From: Candidatus Uhrbacteria bacterium | GTDB lineage: Bacteria; Patescibacteriota; Patescibacteriia; UBA9934 | Length of the DNA stretch: 64,000 bases | NCBI GenBank assembly: GCA_018664485.1 | Contig: JABJOE010000007.1 | Location: forward strand, 4,353 to 68,352 | Reading direction: 5' to 3' | Part shown: positions 19,561 to 29,463 of the stretch, piece after piece | Position numbering within the stretch: the stretch's first letter is position 1 | Layout: each line of letters starts with the position of its first letter | Notes under the pieces: model-generated | What the model saw: only the letters and a program-made list of their open reading frames with translations | The model's database searches: none | What the model was told of the DNA's origin: nothing | Position numbers and translations under genes: made by a program

Positions 19561-20685
19561 CTATACCAGATTTATTTTGTCTCCTGGGCGTAAATGCACA
19601 ACTATACTCTGCACTATACCAATCAAAATCATCGATATTAAAAGTGAAGTTCCACCGGCACTCACAAGAGGTAGCGCCACTCCGGTTGTCGGCAGTACAG
19701 CAAGGTTCACACCGATATTTACAACAGACTGAACAACGAAAATAGCAAAAATACCAATCGCTAAAAAGCTTGTAAAGTTATCACGTGCCTGTCGGGCGGC
19801 TGTCAGCATCCTCCACAGCAACACACCAATTGCAGCGAACACCACCATCACACCAATGAACCCTAGTTCCTCTGCGATGACTGCAAAAATAAAGTCAGTC
19901 TGACTCTCTGGCAAAAACTGTAACTGACTCTGAGATCCAAAACCAAGTCCACGTCCGAACAATTGCCCTGAACCAATAGCAATCTTTGCCTGTGCAATGT
20001 TATACCCGCTACCAAGTGGATCCAATGTTGGGTCTAGAAAAACCTGCAATCGTAGACGCTGATAATCGGCAAGTGCAAACATCCATGCAACCCAACCTAA
20101 CAACGCTCCTGCAAATGTGATTATTACAGCGTGATGAACCCGCAGTCCAGCGAAGAACATCACAATCATCCACATACCAATCAACAAAATAGCACTACCA
20201 AGATCCGGCTGCGCAATCGTAAGAACCGTTGGTGCAGCAACCAAAAAACCACTCCCAAATATCTCCTTCCATCCAAAACGGCGACGAGCATGCTCTCCAA
20301 AATATCGAGCTAACTGCACGGCGAGTGCCACCTTCATAAACTCAACGGGCTGAAATGAAACTCCGGCGACAATAAACCAACCTGTCGTTCCGTTGAGCTC
20401 TGTTCCAAAAAACAAAACTAAAACCATCAAAGCGACCCCAACCAAATACAGTGCCCTCCCCCAGCTGCGTAAGAATAGATGATTGAAATTAGCTATAACA
20501 ATCATTACTACTGTAGACACTAGGAAAATCGCTGCATGTTTTTTAACCAGGGCAAACTCTAACGTCTCACGAGATAACTCAACAGAATAAATCGCGGCAA
20601 GCCCAAAAGCGAACAAAACAAAGGTCGCAAGCAAAAGCAACCAGTCAAAACGCTGAAATTCTCGAAAAAACCGACTCGCAATCAT
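19561..20685 (-). CDS. rodA: Rod shape-determining protein RodA (SEDS family)
   Basis: FQPVEFMK, QPDLGSA, DPLGSGYN..QAKIAIGSG and LPESQTDFIFAVIAEELG motifs. Confidence 0.9.
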   Translation of the reverse strand: MIASRFFREFQRFDWLLLLATFVLFAFGLAAIYSVELSRETLEFALVKKHAAIFLVSTVVMIVIANFNHLFLRSWGRALYLVGVALMVLVLFFGTELNGTTGWFIVAGVSFQPVEFMKVALAVQLARYFGEHARRRFGWKEIFGSGFLVAAPTVLTIAQPDLGSAILLIGMWMIVMFFAGLRVHHAVIITFAGALLGWVAWMFALADYQRLRLQVFLDPTLDPLGSGYNIAQAKIAIGSGQLFGRGLGFGSQSQLQFLPESQTDFIFAVIAEELGFIGVMVVFAAIGVLLWRMLTAARQARDNFTSFLAIGIFAIFVVQSVVNIGVNLAVLPTTGVALPLVSAGGTSLLISMILIGIVQSIVVHLRPGDKINLV

Positions 20686-20720
20686 ACACGAGTCAGCTTA
20701 TCAAAGTGATAGATTCAAGG

Positions 20721-21674
20721 CTACCTTTCGATACCATCTCTACTGTCCAAGTCATCCCCTCCCTGCTGATCCATGTAAACATCCTCATCAAAGTAATCAA
20801 TAACCGGATAAATCCGTAAATCCTGTGCACTGGTCGGAGCACGCCCAAACCAATTAACTGTCACCTCTCGTATCTCCCCAGCTTCAAAACCTGCGATAGT
20901 GGCTTGATTAACTCCAACAACCGTCCCTCCACGTTCAAGCACGATCCAAAATGGAGTTGACCAATAATTGTACGGGGTATCATTCTCTACCGTGAACATT
21001 GATCGCACGACACTATCTTCTTCTAAAACTATTTTATCTCCATATTCTGATGATGACAGAACAAAATTCTCATGCTCATCCATCCAAGAGTTTATATCAG
21101 CAACCTCGTGTGTATCAACGCGCTGCCAAACTACATCCTCTACAATCAGCTCAGCTTGCGACGGCGAATTCTCAAGAGCAACACTCAACTGAATAAGTGG
21201 ACGCGATTCACTTGGTAGAACGAATCCCGATTCCATATCAGTCACCTCACCATCCTCCGTCTCGAATCCATATTTAAATGTCGCGTACCAATCTTCATTC
21301 CCGTTTTCAATCTCAGAATAAAAATCATATTTACCATCATCAAATGTGATAGCGATAGCATTACTCGTCAGAAGAGCGAACGGAGCGCGCTCCAACGATT
21401 CATCGTGCAAGGAACCAATCTCATTAAACACCTCGGCTACCGATTGCCTATCTGCAAACTGACCAGAAACCAAATACCCAAACACGAAAAATAAAAACAA
21501 TAAAACCAAGATGAGATCAAACAATGCCCATATACCGAGAGCCAAACGTCCAACGATCGGACGAGCATCTATCATCCGAACATTTCGCTGATAATCCTTC
21601 TCTGCCTCCGAAACTTTACGCTGTGCCTCTTGCAGCTGCGTATCGATTGGTGGCTGTTCTTCTTTTTTAGCCAT
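20721..21674 (-). CDS. Membrane-anchored hypothetical protein with Ig-like extracellular domains
   Basis: One N-terminal TM and an acidic beta-rich remainder. Confidence 0.6.
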   Translation of the reverse strand: MAKKEEQPPIDTQLQEAQRKVSEAEKDYQRNVRMIDARPIVGRLALGIWALFDLILVLLFLFFVFGYLVSGQFADRQSVAEVFNEIGSLHDESLERAPFALLTSNAIAITFDDGKYDFYSEIENGNEDWYATFKYGFETEDGEVTDMESGFVLPSESRPLIQLSVALENSPSQAELIVEDVVWQRVDTHEVADINSWMDEHENFVLSSSEYGDKIVLEEDSVVRSMFTVENDTPYNYWSTPFWIVLERGGTVVGVNQATIAGFEAGEIREVTVNWFGRAPTSAQDLRIYPVIDYFDEDVYMDQQGGDDLDSRDGIER

Positions 21675-21962
21675 AATATTTTAAGTATAGCAAACCATTA
21701 CAAAACGTGGTAAAGTGTCGCCGTTATCATGAATAATAATACCTCACGATAGCACGTTGAAACTAGTCTAGTTTTCCACAAATCGCTGACTGTCTTCACT
21801 ATTGTGCTTCGGCGCAATGTCTGTAGCTACTCAATGATTTGTTGAAAAACATCCTCGACCTTGGCAATTATTAAGGTCGTACCTGACCAAATGTAGAGCT
21901 GAATAAATTGTTCAACGGCTCTTTGACTCTAGAAATACTCATCGCGGATGTATCATTACACT

Positions 21963-23999
21963 ATGCCAAAAAACACAACAAAAAAACCAGCCAAGAACGG
22001 AAAGGCGAAAGAATATAGCGCCAAATCCATTACAGTACTTGAAGGACTAGAACCGGTTCGTAAACGTCCAGGAATGTACATCGGATCAACTGGACCTACG
22101 GGTCTGCACCACATGATCTGGGAGGTTGTCGACAACTCGTTCGATGAGGTTATGGCCGGGCATGCAACAAAGGTTGTAATCCGCATGCAGCCTGACAGCT
22201 GGATTCAAGTTGAAGATGATGGTCGTGGAATCCCTGTCGACATTCACAAAAAGCACAAAGTTTCAGCTTTGGAACTTGTTCTTACAAAACTTCACGCCGG
22301 TGGAAAATTCGGTGGAGAAGAAAGTGGGTACAAAATCTCCGGTGGTCTTCATGGTGTTGGTGTTTCAGTTGTAAACGCCCTATCCACTGAATTACAGGCA
22401 GAAATTCACCGAGATGGATTCACTTGGCATCAGGTTTACAAAAAAGGAAAACCTCAAGGAAAGATCGAGAAAGGAAAAAAGAGCAAACGAAATGCAACTA
22501 TTATTCGGTTTCATCCTGATGATTCAATTTTTGAAACAATCGACTTTGATCACCAAACTGTAATAGACCACCTGCGTCAGCAAACATATCTAACGGCTGG
22601 AGTAGAGGTTGAAATTATCGATGAACGCGGTGACACACCAAAGAACTACGGTTTCTACTTTGAAGGAGGAGTGTCTTCATACGTTCGACATCTCAATAAA
22701 AAGAAAGAAGCAAAACACCCAAGCGTTTTTTACGTAAACAAGTCATACGAAAGTGTGCAGGTGGAACTCGGAGTTCAGTACACTCATGAATATCACGAAG
22801 GAGTTCACTGTTTTGCAAACAACATCACCAACCCCGACGGTGGTACCCACCTTGCCGGTTTCCGCTCTGCCCTCACCCGTTCGCTCAACAACTACGCACG
22901 TGAAAAAGGTTATCTGAAAGAAAAGGACTCAAACCTTACCGGTGAAGATACTCGGGAAGGACTTACGGCTGTTATCAGTATCAAGTTAGCTGAACCTCAA
23001 TTTGAAGGTCAGACAAAAGGAAAGCTTGGAAACCCAGAAGCACGTACGGCCGTGGAATCAGTGTTCGGTGAAGCGTTCAAAGTATTCCTTGAGGAGCATC
23101 CAAAAGACGCAGAGGAAATCATTGGAAAATGTCTTCTCTCGGCTCGAGCACGTGCGGCTGCTCGTGCGGCCCGCGAAACCGTTCTTCGTAAAGGAGCGTT
23201 TGAAGGCCTCATGCTTCCAGGAAAACTCTCAGACTGTTCAAGTAAAGATCCGAGCGTGTCAGAAATCTTCATCGTTGAGGGAGATTCAGCTGGTGGATCC
23301 GCAAAACAAGGACGTGAGCGAAAGTACCAGGCCATCCTTCCACTTCGAGGAAAGATCCTGAACACTGAACGAGCACGATTAGACAAACTACTCACCAACA
23401 ACGAGGTGAAGAACCTAATCATTGCCCTTGGTACAAACATCGGAGAAGGCTTTGACATCACAGGTCTACGATACGATCGCGTAATCATCATGACTGACGC
23501 GGACGTAGACGGAGCCCACATCCGAACATTGCTGCTGACATTATTCTTCCGCTACTTCCCAGAACTTATCCGCGAAGGCCACGTGTACATTGCAATGCCT
23601 CCCCTGTATCGAGTGCAGGTTGGTAAGCAAGCTGAGTACGCTTTCTCTGACGAAGAAAAGGAAGAGATCATTGAAAAGTTCATAAAGAACTCAACTAAAG
23701 GAAAGGCTGCTGCGGCCAAAAAAGAAAGTGCAGAGGATAGTGAAACGATTGAAGCTGAAGTCGTTGAAACGTCAGGTGTAAAGGTAAATATTCAGCGATA
23801 CAAGGGACTTGGTGAAATGAACCCCGGACAGCTCTGGGAAACAACTATGGACCCCGCAACTCGCGTCATGAAGCAGGTAACGATCGACGACGCCGAAGTT
23901 GCAAACGAAACATTTGAGACTCTAATGGGAGCAGAAGTAGCTCCTCGCAAAAAGTTCATCCAATCCAACGCAAAAGAGGTTGTGAACTTGGACGTCTAA
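21963..23999 (+). CDS. gyrB: DNA gyrase subunit B
   Basis: GLEPVRKRPGMYIG, SGGLHGVG, EGDSAGG, PLRGKILN, MTDADVDG and QRYKGLGEMN motifs. gyrA is not adjacent. Confidence 0.96.
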   Translation: MPKNTTKKPAKNGKAKEYSAKSITVLEGLEPVRKRPGMYIGSTGPTGLHHMIWEVVDNSFDEVMAGHATKVVIRMQPDSWIQVEDDGRGIPVDIHKKHKVSALELVLTKLHAGGKFGGEESGYKISGGLHGVGVSVVNALSTELQAEIHRDGFTWHQVYKKGKPQGKIEKGKKSKRNATIIRFHPDDSIFETIDFDHQTVIDHLRQQTYLTAGVEVEIIDERGDTPKNYGFYFEGGVSSYVRHLNKKKEAKHPSVFYVNKSYESVQVELGVQYTHEYHEGVHCFANNITNPDGGTHLAGFRSALTRSLNNYAREKGYLKEKDSNLTGEDTREGLTAVISIKLAEPQFEGQTKGKLGNPEARTAVESVFGEAFKVFLEEHPKDAEEIIGKCLLSARARAAARAARETVLRKGAFEGLMLPGKLSDCSSKDPSVSEIFIVEGDSAGGSAKQGRERKYQAILPLRGKILNTERARLDKLLTNNEVKNLIIALGTNIGEGFDITGLRYDRVIIMTDADVDGAHIRTLLLTLFFRYFPELIREGHVYIAMPPLYRVQVGKQAEYAFSDEEKEEIIEKFIKNSTKGKAAAAKKESAEDSETIEAEVVETSGVKVNIQRYKGLGEMNPGQLWETTMDPATRVMKQVTIDDAEVANETFETLMGAEVAPRKKFIQSNAKEVVNLDV

Positions 24000-24130
24000 T
24001 AACATACCAATCCATGACCTCGCCGTTTATCCGGCGGGGTTGTTGATTACAATCCCTTGACTTTATCGAAAAAAAAGAGTATATTTTTCGCATCGGCCCC
24101 CAACAGGGCTTTTTAAAAATCTTCAATTAT

Positions 24131-24337
24131 ATGGCATCTAAGACAAAAAAGAAGGCAAACCTCCTTAGCTACCTTCGGGAGTCAAAGGAAGAGCTCAACA
24201 AAGTTACGTGGCCAACACAGAAGGAAACAGTGCGCTACTCAATCATCGTAATTGTAGCCAGCCTTGCGATCGCCGTGTATTTCGGAGTTATCGATTATCT
24301 ATTAAACCTAGGGCTCGAAGCCCTATTGTCACTCTAG
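24131..24337 (+). CDS. secE: Preprotein translocase SecE
   Basis: ELNKVTWP plus one TM; lies directly upstream of nusG. Confidence 0.95.
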   Translation: MASKTKKKANLLSYLRESKEELNKVTWPTQKETVRYSIIVIVASLAIAVYFGVIDYLLNLGLEALLSL

Positions 24338-24341
24338 TTTT

Positions 24342-24887
24342 ATGGCAAAACAAACCTCGGCATACGGCCGGCGCTGGTACGCAATCCACACATATTCTGG
24401 ATATGAGGAGAACGTATCGGAAGGACTCCACCAACGTTTAGAAACAATGGACGTAGAAGATCAAATTTTTGCAGTCCTCGTTCCAAAAGAAAAGAAGATC
24501 AAAATCAAAAACGGAAAACGTAAAGTTGTCGAAGAGAAAATCTTCCCTGGATACGTGCTCGTTGAGATGATCGTTACTGACCAATCTTGGTACGTGGTTC
24601 GAAACACGCCAAACGTAACAGGATTCATCGGAGCTGGAACTACCCCTACCCCGATTGCAGAAGAAGAAATGGAATCACTCATGAAACGAATGGGTGTTGA
24701 GGAGCCAGAGTTTACTGTTGATATCGCAAAGGGTGATGCCGTTAACATTACCGACGGACCATTCAAAGGTCAGCAAGGTAAAGTTAGTGAGGTTGACGCT
24801 CAGCGCGGAAAGGTAAAGGTTCTCGTTTCAATGTTTGGACGAGAGACTCCAGTGGAGCTGGACTTCCTCCAGGTCAAAAAAATCTAG
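24342..24887 (+). CDS. nusG: Transcription factor NusG
   Basis: WYAIHTYSGYE and FPGYVLVEM motifs, with a KOW motif (GPF.G..G). Confidence 0.97.
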   Translation: MAKQTSAYGRRWYAIHTYSGYEENVSEGLHQRLETMDVEDQIFAVLVPKEKKIKIKNGKRKVVEEKIFPGYVLVEMIVTDQSWYVVRNTPNVTGFIGAGTTPTPIAEEEMESLMKRMGVEEPEFTVDIAKGDAVNITDGPFKGQQGKVSEVDAQRGKVKVLVSMFGRETPVELDFLQVKKI

Positions 24888-24888
24888 A

Positions 24889-25011
24889 AGAATCTACTAA
24901 TCTGGCGCATAGCTGTGTCGAAATCTACGTTTGTAGCTTAACGTACGTATTAGTACGTCTGCGCCACAAGCCTCAATTTCTCCTTGCTCTGCATCCAGCT
25001 GAATAAATTCT
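24889..25011. repeat. Long palindromic element, copy B (RPE-like)
   Basis: Core TTAACGTAC-gtatta-GTACGTCTGC; imperfect paired arms; begins right after the nusG stop. Confidence 0.7.
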
Positions 25012-25263
25012 CTGCGAATACATCAAACATAAAAACCGCCTGCCCGGCTCCGCCGTGGCCTTAGGGCGGTTTTTTGAATAATACGCATATATTAAGCCGA
25101 AATGAGCAGTATCTATATGAGCATGAAAGACAGGCTCCAAATAGCACCAAAAACTATTGACAAAATAGGCACTTAAAGCTAATATTCGCGCACTAATAAA
25201 CGAGGTGGTTGCCTTTACAGGAATCCACTAGAGCCCTTAACTGGGTAATAAACACTGACTCGT

Positions 25264-25686
25264 ATGGCAAAGAAGATTTTAACAATCGTTAAGGTTCAAG
25301 CTATCGGAGGAGCGGCAACGCCTGCCCCACCACTTGGACCAACACTTTCTCAGCACGGAGTAAACATCCAGCAGTTCGTAAACGACTTCAACAACGCAAC
25401 TCAAGATCGCCGAGGTGACGTTGTTCCTGCTGTGATTACAATCTATGAGGATCGTTCATTCGACTTCATCCTAAAGACCCCTCCAGCATCCGCTCTCATC
25501 AAGAAGGCGGCAAAAATCAAAAAGGGATCTGGAAAACCAAATACTGACAAGGTTGGTACAATTACAAAGGATCAGCTGCGTGAAATCGCTGAAATCAAAA
25601 TCCCTGACCTCAACACAAACGATGTTGAAGCAGCAATGAAGATTGTTGCGGGGACTTGTAAGCAAATGGGAGTCGAGGTTCGATAA
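25264..25686 (+). CDS. rplK: 50S ribosomal protein L11
   Basis: ATPAPPLGP and KTPPAS.LIKKAA motifs. Confidence 0.97.
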   Translation: MAKKILTIVKVQAIGGAATPAPPLGPTLSQHGVNIQQFVNDFNNATQDRRGDVVPAVITIYEDRSFDFILKTPPASALIKKAAKIKKGSGKPNTDKVGTITKDQLREIAEIKIPDLNTNDVEAAMKIVAGTCKQMGVEVR

Positions 25687-25752
25687 GTGATGAAGTGTGC
25701 GCTATACTAAACGCATACATCACTAACAGATCCACCGTAAACAATTCTGTAT

Positions 25753-26187
25753 ATGAAAGAAGTTACCTCGTTCATCGTTCGCCTGTACTTTGCAGTAATC
25801 TCAGCAGTCACCTTCTTCACTCTAATGTTCTCATCTGTAGGACTGATTGAAACGGGACTGAAAACATGGGTCTTCCCATCTGCAGATGTGCCAAGTTGGC
25901 TCGAGACATGCTCAGACGCTGGTATCAAGTCCGAGAGAATCTACATGACAGATTCTGAAGTTACTGACGAAGAGCTTGTAATACAGTGTGAAGCTCGAAA
26001 TGAACAGTCGTGGGAAAGCCACGGTCGAGACAAAGCGAGTAGAGCGGTTGATAACCTCGCGCTTCTCATCGTGAGCGTTCCACTATTCCTTCTACACTTC
26101 CGCTTCCTGTACCGAGATTGGCAACGTCTACAAGGACATAAGCCAAAAGCGAAGCACAAAAAAGAAGACAATCATAAAAAACACTAA
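25753..26187 (+). CDS. Two-TM membrane protein (DUF5671-like) inserted between rplK and rplA
   Basis: RLYF..IS.V N-terminal TM and a C-terminal LIVSVPLFLLHF TM. Confidence 0.6.
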   Translation: MKEVTSFIVRLYFAVISAVTFFTLMFSSVGLIETGLKTWVFPSADVPSWLETCSDAGIKSERIYMTDSEVTDEELVIQCEARNEQSWESHGRDKASRAVDNLALLIVSVPLFLLHFRFLYRDWQRLQGHKPKAKHKKEDNHKKH

Positions 26188-26195
26188 TACTAATC

Positions 26196-26222
26196 GTGGG
26201 AGCCTCCGGGCGCTTGAACCAC
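26196..26222 (+). promoter_or_regulatory. Putative L1-binding autogenous control element
   Basis: GUGG-GAG-CC-UCCG-GG-C...AA-CCAC, 9 nt before the rplA ATG; fits the helix-internal loop-helix form of known L1 mRNA sites. Confidence 0.65.
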
Positions 26223-26231
26223 TAAACGCGT

Positions 26232-26921
26232 ATGAAGCATTCAAAACGATTCAAAGAAGTAGCTAAGGCGGTTGAGACAGATAAGCACTACCCTCTTACT
26301 GAGGCGATTGCTCTTGCAAAGACCAATGCAACAGCAAAGTTCGATGAAACAATCGAGATCTGTATGAATCTCGGAATTGATCCGAAGCAGAGTGATCAGC
26401 AGATCCGTCCAACAGTTGTACTACCTCACGGAACTGGAAAAAACGTACGTGTTGCAGCATTCGTAGACTCTGCAAACGAAACAGCTGCAAAGGAAGCTGG
26501 TGCTGATATTATCGGAACTGAAGAGGTTATCGATAAAATCGTAAAGAAAGGTATCATCGACTTTGACGTAGCCGTTGCAGTCCCTACTATGATGGTAAAG
26601 CTCGCAAAGGCTGCTCGAGTACTTGGACCACGTGGGCTAATGCCAAACCCTAAGACTGATACAGTCGGGATGGACATTGCAAAGATGGTTAAAGAGCAGA
26701 AAGGTGGAAAAGTTTCTTTCAAACTTGATAACACCTCAAACATTCACTTGATCGTTGGAAAAGCGTCATTTGAAGAAAAGCAGCTTATGGAAAATACTTC
26801 TGTGGTCGTTGAGGCGATCAAGAAGGCGAAGCCAGCCGCTGCAAAGGGTATCTACATCAAGTCAGCTACAATCACCTCAAGCATGGGGCCAGCTGTACGA
26901 ATTGATACTTCAACCCTCTAA
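26232..26921 (+). CDS. rplA: 50S ribosomal protein L1
   Basis: AKFDET, VVLPHGTGK, LGPRGLMPNPK and SSMGP motifs. Confidence 0.97.
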   Translation: MKHSKRFKEVAKAVETDKHYPLTEAIALAKTNATAKFDETIEICMNLGIDPKQSDQQIRPTVVLPHGTGKNVRVAAFVDSANETAAKEAGADIIGTEEVIDKIVKKGIIDFDVAVAVPTMMVKLAKAARVLGPRGLMPNPKTDTVGMDIAKMVKEQKGGKVSFKLDNTSNIHLIVGKASFEEKQLMENTSVVVEAIKKAKPAAAKGIYIKSATITSSMGPAVRIDTSTL

Positions 26922-26982
26922 ACTAGACTCCAATTTAGACGCAAAAACAGGGCTTTTCCGGCCCTTTTTTGCTATCTAGAGG

Positions 26983-27011
26983 TTGACAAAAGTGCTAAAA
27001 TATGCTATTAT
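26983..27011 (+). promoter_or_regulatory. Sigma70 promoter
   Basis: TTGACA-N17-TATTAT, with an extended TG. Confidence 0.7.
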
Positions 27012-27205
27012 ATAAGGGTTAAGTGGTTCCCCGACTATCTGGAATCCGCCCAAGATGTACGGGTTAATGCACATCAAACACAGATCGTTATTCGCCTCTT
27101 CATTGAGTCAGCTAACAGTCTGTGTTTTGTTCTAGGCTTCTCTTAGGGCCATTCCTTGAGATGAACCTAGAACGCGTAAAAACGTTCGCAACAACAAGGA
27201 GTGCA

Positions 27206-27601
27206 ATGCACCCCGTCTCAATTTGGCTGCTTAGCAGCCTTCCTCGCATCGTGGTCGGGTACACGAAGTTCATTCTGAGCGTACTCTCCACGCGGTCCTG
27301 GAAGCAGAGCCTAGCCGCCCTGCTGATCATCGGAATCGCAGAATTCGGTATTGGCTGGTTCGTCGGCTGGATTCCTGCCTACGAGATTGCCGTGACCTTG
27401 GTCACGGTCCCCTTCCTCATGGATCTGATCCTTCGCCTGGTGAACCGCCAAGTGATGCTCGGTCACATCGAGCAAGGAAGTGTGGACAACGCGATTGAGC
27501 AGGCCCTCGACCTTCTCGCCGCATTGGCACTTCTCGAGTCCAAGAAAGGACTTGCAAAGACTTCTGGATCCTCCAAGGTTGTCCAGAAAGCCGCGGTCTG
27601 A
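27206..27601 (+). CDS. GC-rich two-TM hypothetical protein
   Basis: SD AAGGAG 4 nt before the ATG at 27206; C/G-ending codons; terminator acggcccg...cgggccgt-gttt at 27623-27658. Confidence 0.65.
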   Translation: MHPVSIWLLSSLPRIVVGYTKFILSVLSTRSWKQSLAALLIIGIAEFGIGWFVGWIPAYEIAVTLVTVPFLMDLILRLVNRQVMLGHIEQGSVDNAIEQALDLLAALALLESKKGLAKTSGSSKVVQKAAV

Positions 27602-27696
27602 TCATCAACCTCAACAATCAGTACGGCCCGTCTCCTCTGGAGCGGGCCGTGTTTGTTTCTTGCTCAGCCCCCGTCCACATGTTAAGATTTTCGCGT

Positions 27697-28350
27697 ATGA
27701 TTTTGACCCGACAAGACATCCTAGACCGCATTAAAAAGAACGATCTCGGCTTTTCTCCGAACCTCGACCAATTCCAACTTCAGCCACATGCGGTCGACCT
27801 GCGACTTGGATACAAATTTCTCATTCCAAAAAACTGGGTCCTCACAGACGAAGGACGTAAAGCTCTAAAAGTCTCTATTGAGCAAGATGGTTTTCACCAC
27901 GAACAGTTCGAAGAAGTTATTTTAAAACCAGGACAATATTTCGATCTACTGCCAAACGAATTCGTGATCGGAACAAGTCTCGAGAATATCGAAATGAATG
28001 CGCCGGATCTTATGGCGATTCTTTTCCCTCGTACTTCCACAAACCGTCGCGGAATCAACCTTTCTCTTTCTGGAATAATCGACACCGGTTATCACGGTAA
28101 TCTTATCTTCCCAATGAAGAACGAAGCTGGTGACCAAGTATTACGGCTATATCCCGGTGAGCGTGTTTGCCAAGTTGTGTTTGAAGAATTGAAGCAGCCA
28201 CTATCACAAGAAGAAGCTAATCTGCACGGAATGAGTCAAGCGAAATATTCCCACTCAGGTGAGCCAAAATTTAAAATAGATAAATCCGACGAAACAGAAC
28301 TCCTCACAAAGGGAGATCTTGATGAGTTGAAGAAACGTTTTAGCATATGA
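27697..28350 (+). CDS. dcd: dCTP deaminase
   Basis: QLQPHAVDLRLG, RTS..R.G, IIDTGYHG and LYPGERVCQVVF motifs. Confidence 0.9.
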   Translation: MILTRQDILDRIKKNDLGFSPNLDQFQLQPHAVDLRLGYKFLIPKNWVLTDEGRKALKVSIEQDGFHHEQFEEVILKPGQYFDLLPNEFVIGTSLENIEMNAPDLMAILFPRTSTNRRGINLSLSGIIDTGYHGNLIFPMKNEAGDQVLRLYPGERVCQVVFEELKQPLSQEEANLHGMSQAKYSHSGEPKFKIDKSDETELLTKGDLDELKKRFSI

Positions 28351-28898
28351 AGTATCCAACAAAACAGGCCTTCCGACCCGCCTGGGATGACTACTTCATG
28401 AGCATGGCATACATGGCCGCCGAACGATCTACATGTGACAGACTCCGCTCTGGCGCGATCCTTGTAAAGGACAAGCGCGTTATCGGCAGTGGTTACAATG
28501 GATCACCTCCCAAAATGGAACACTGCGATGATGTCGGCCACCTAATGCACGAAGGACATTGCATTAGAACTCTTCATGCAGAAGAAAATACTTTACTCCA
28601 AGCTGCCCGTCTTGGAACTTCAACAAACGGATCTACAATATACTCAATATATTCACCTTGCTATCACTGTCTTAAAAAGTTGATTGCAGGTGGCGTTAAA
28701 CGTATCGTTGCAGCACATGTTTATCGTGATACACGCGTCTCAGATGCATGCGTCGAGGCTGGCGTAATGTATGACCGATATACTCCCAACGGTGAGTGGC
28801 TCGACTACCTTGTAGAACTTTATAAAATATTACCTCGAGAGAAAACCTCCGAAGTTAAGTCTAGTGACACCGGTGAAAAAAACTACGAAAGCGAGTAG
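28347..28898 (+). CDS. dCMP deaminase (ComEB-like)
   Basis: RPAWDDYFM, RSTC, GYNG, HAE and PCxxC motifs. Confidence 0.9.
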   Translation: MKYPTKQAFRPAWDDYFMSMAYMAAERSTCDRLRSGAILVKDKRVIGSGYNGSPPKMEHCDDVGHLMHEGHCIRTLHAEENTLLQAARLGTSTNGSTIYSIYSPCYHCLKKLIAGGVKRIVAAHVYRDTRVSDACVEAGVMYDRYTPNGEWLDYLVELYKILPREKTSEVKSSDTGEKNYESE

Positions 28899-29389
28899 TA
28901 CAACAATACAGACTGATCCCCTATTTTTTCAACCGACTCAAGTTTTGTATCAATGCGATCAAAATCGGTCGCCAAATTTTTTCCATTTCCAAATAAAATC
29001 GGTTCAACCGTCACGTACAGATCGGTCAGTAATCCTTCTTTGAGAAATAGTGAGTATATCTCTCCCCCACCAATAACTGCGACCTCCTCAAACCCCCTAC
29101 CTTTCAAATCTTCCAAAATAAGTTGTGGAGACTGATCGGTAAATTCAATAGCACCGGTAATACCTTCATATTTTGAAGGTTCTTTTGTCATTACAATCAT
29201 CAATCGTTCCGCTAGCGGCTTTCCGATCGTCTCATAAGTTTTACGACCTACAATAACAACTCCGGCATTTTTCGTTACACGTTTAAAAACCTTTAAATCA
29301 TCTTTTGATGCCCAGTCCAATGACCGCTGACTTGGACGTTGAGCAATCATGCCGTTAATAGAGATCGCGGCAATACCAACAACTTTCAT
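28883..29389 (-). CDS. folA: Dihydrofolate reductase
   Basis: IAAIS.NG.I, W...DL..FK..T, GRKTYETIGKPL..R and IGGGEIY motifs; the C-terminus is RibD_C-like. Confidence 0.8.
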   Translation of the reverse strand: MKVVGIAAISINGMIAQRPSQRSLDWASKDDLKVFKRVTKNAGVVIVGRKTYETIGKPLAERLMIVMTKEPSKYEGITGAIEFTDQSPQLILEDLKGRGFEEVAVIGGGEIYSLFLKEGLLTDLYVTVEPILFGNGKNLATDFDRIDTKLESVEKIGDQSVLLYYSLS

Positions 29390-29463
29390 ACATATTTATT
29401 TTATTCACAATCGTCGTCTACATAATATACCTGCATACGAAATGTATACAGGTATTATTATTT

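Noticed and set aside
21772-21780. DnaA box suggesting oriC near gyrB
   Set aside because: A single match only, with no box cluster and no dnaA/dnaN in the window.
24000-24130. tRNA-Trp or rpmG expected before secE
   Set aside because: No cloverleaf, TTCGA T-loop or L33 ORF; only a terminator and a promoter-like sequence.
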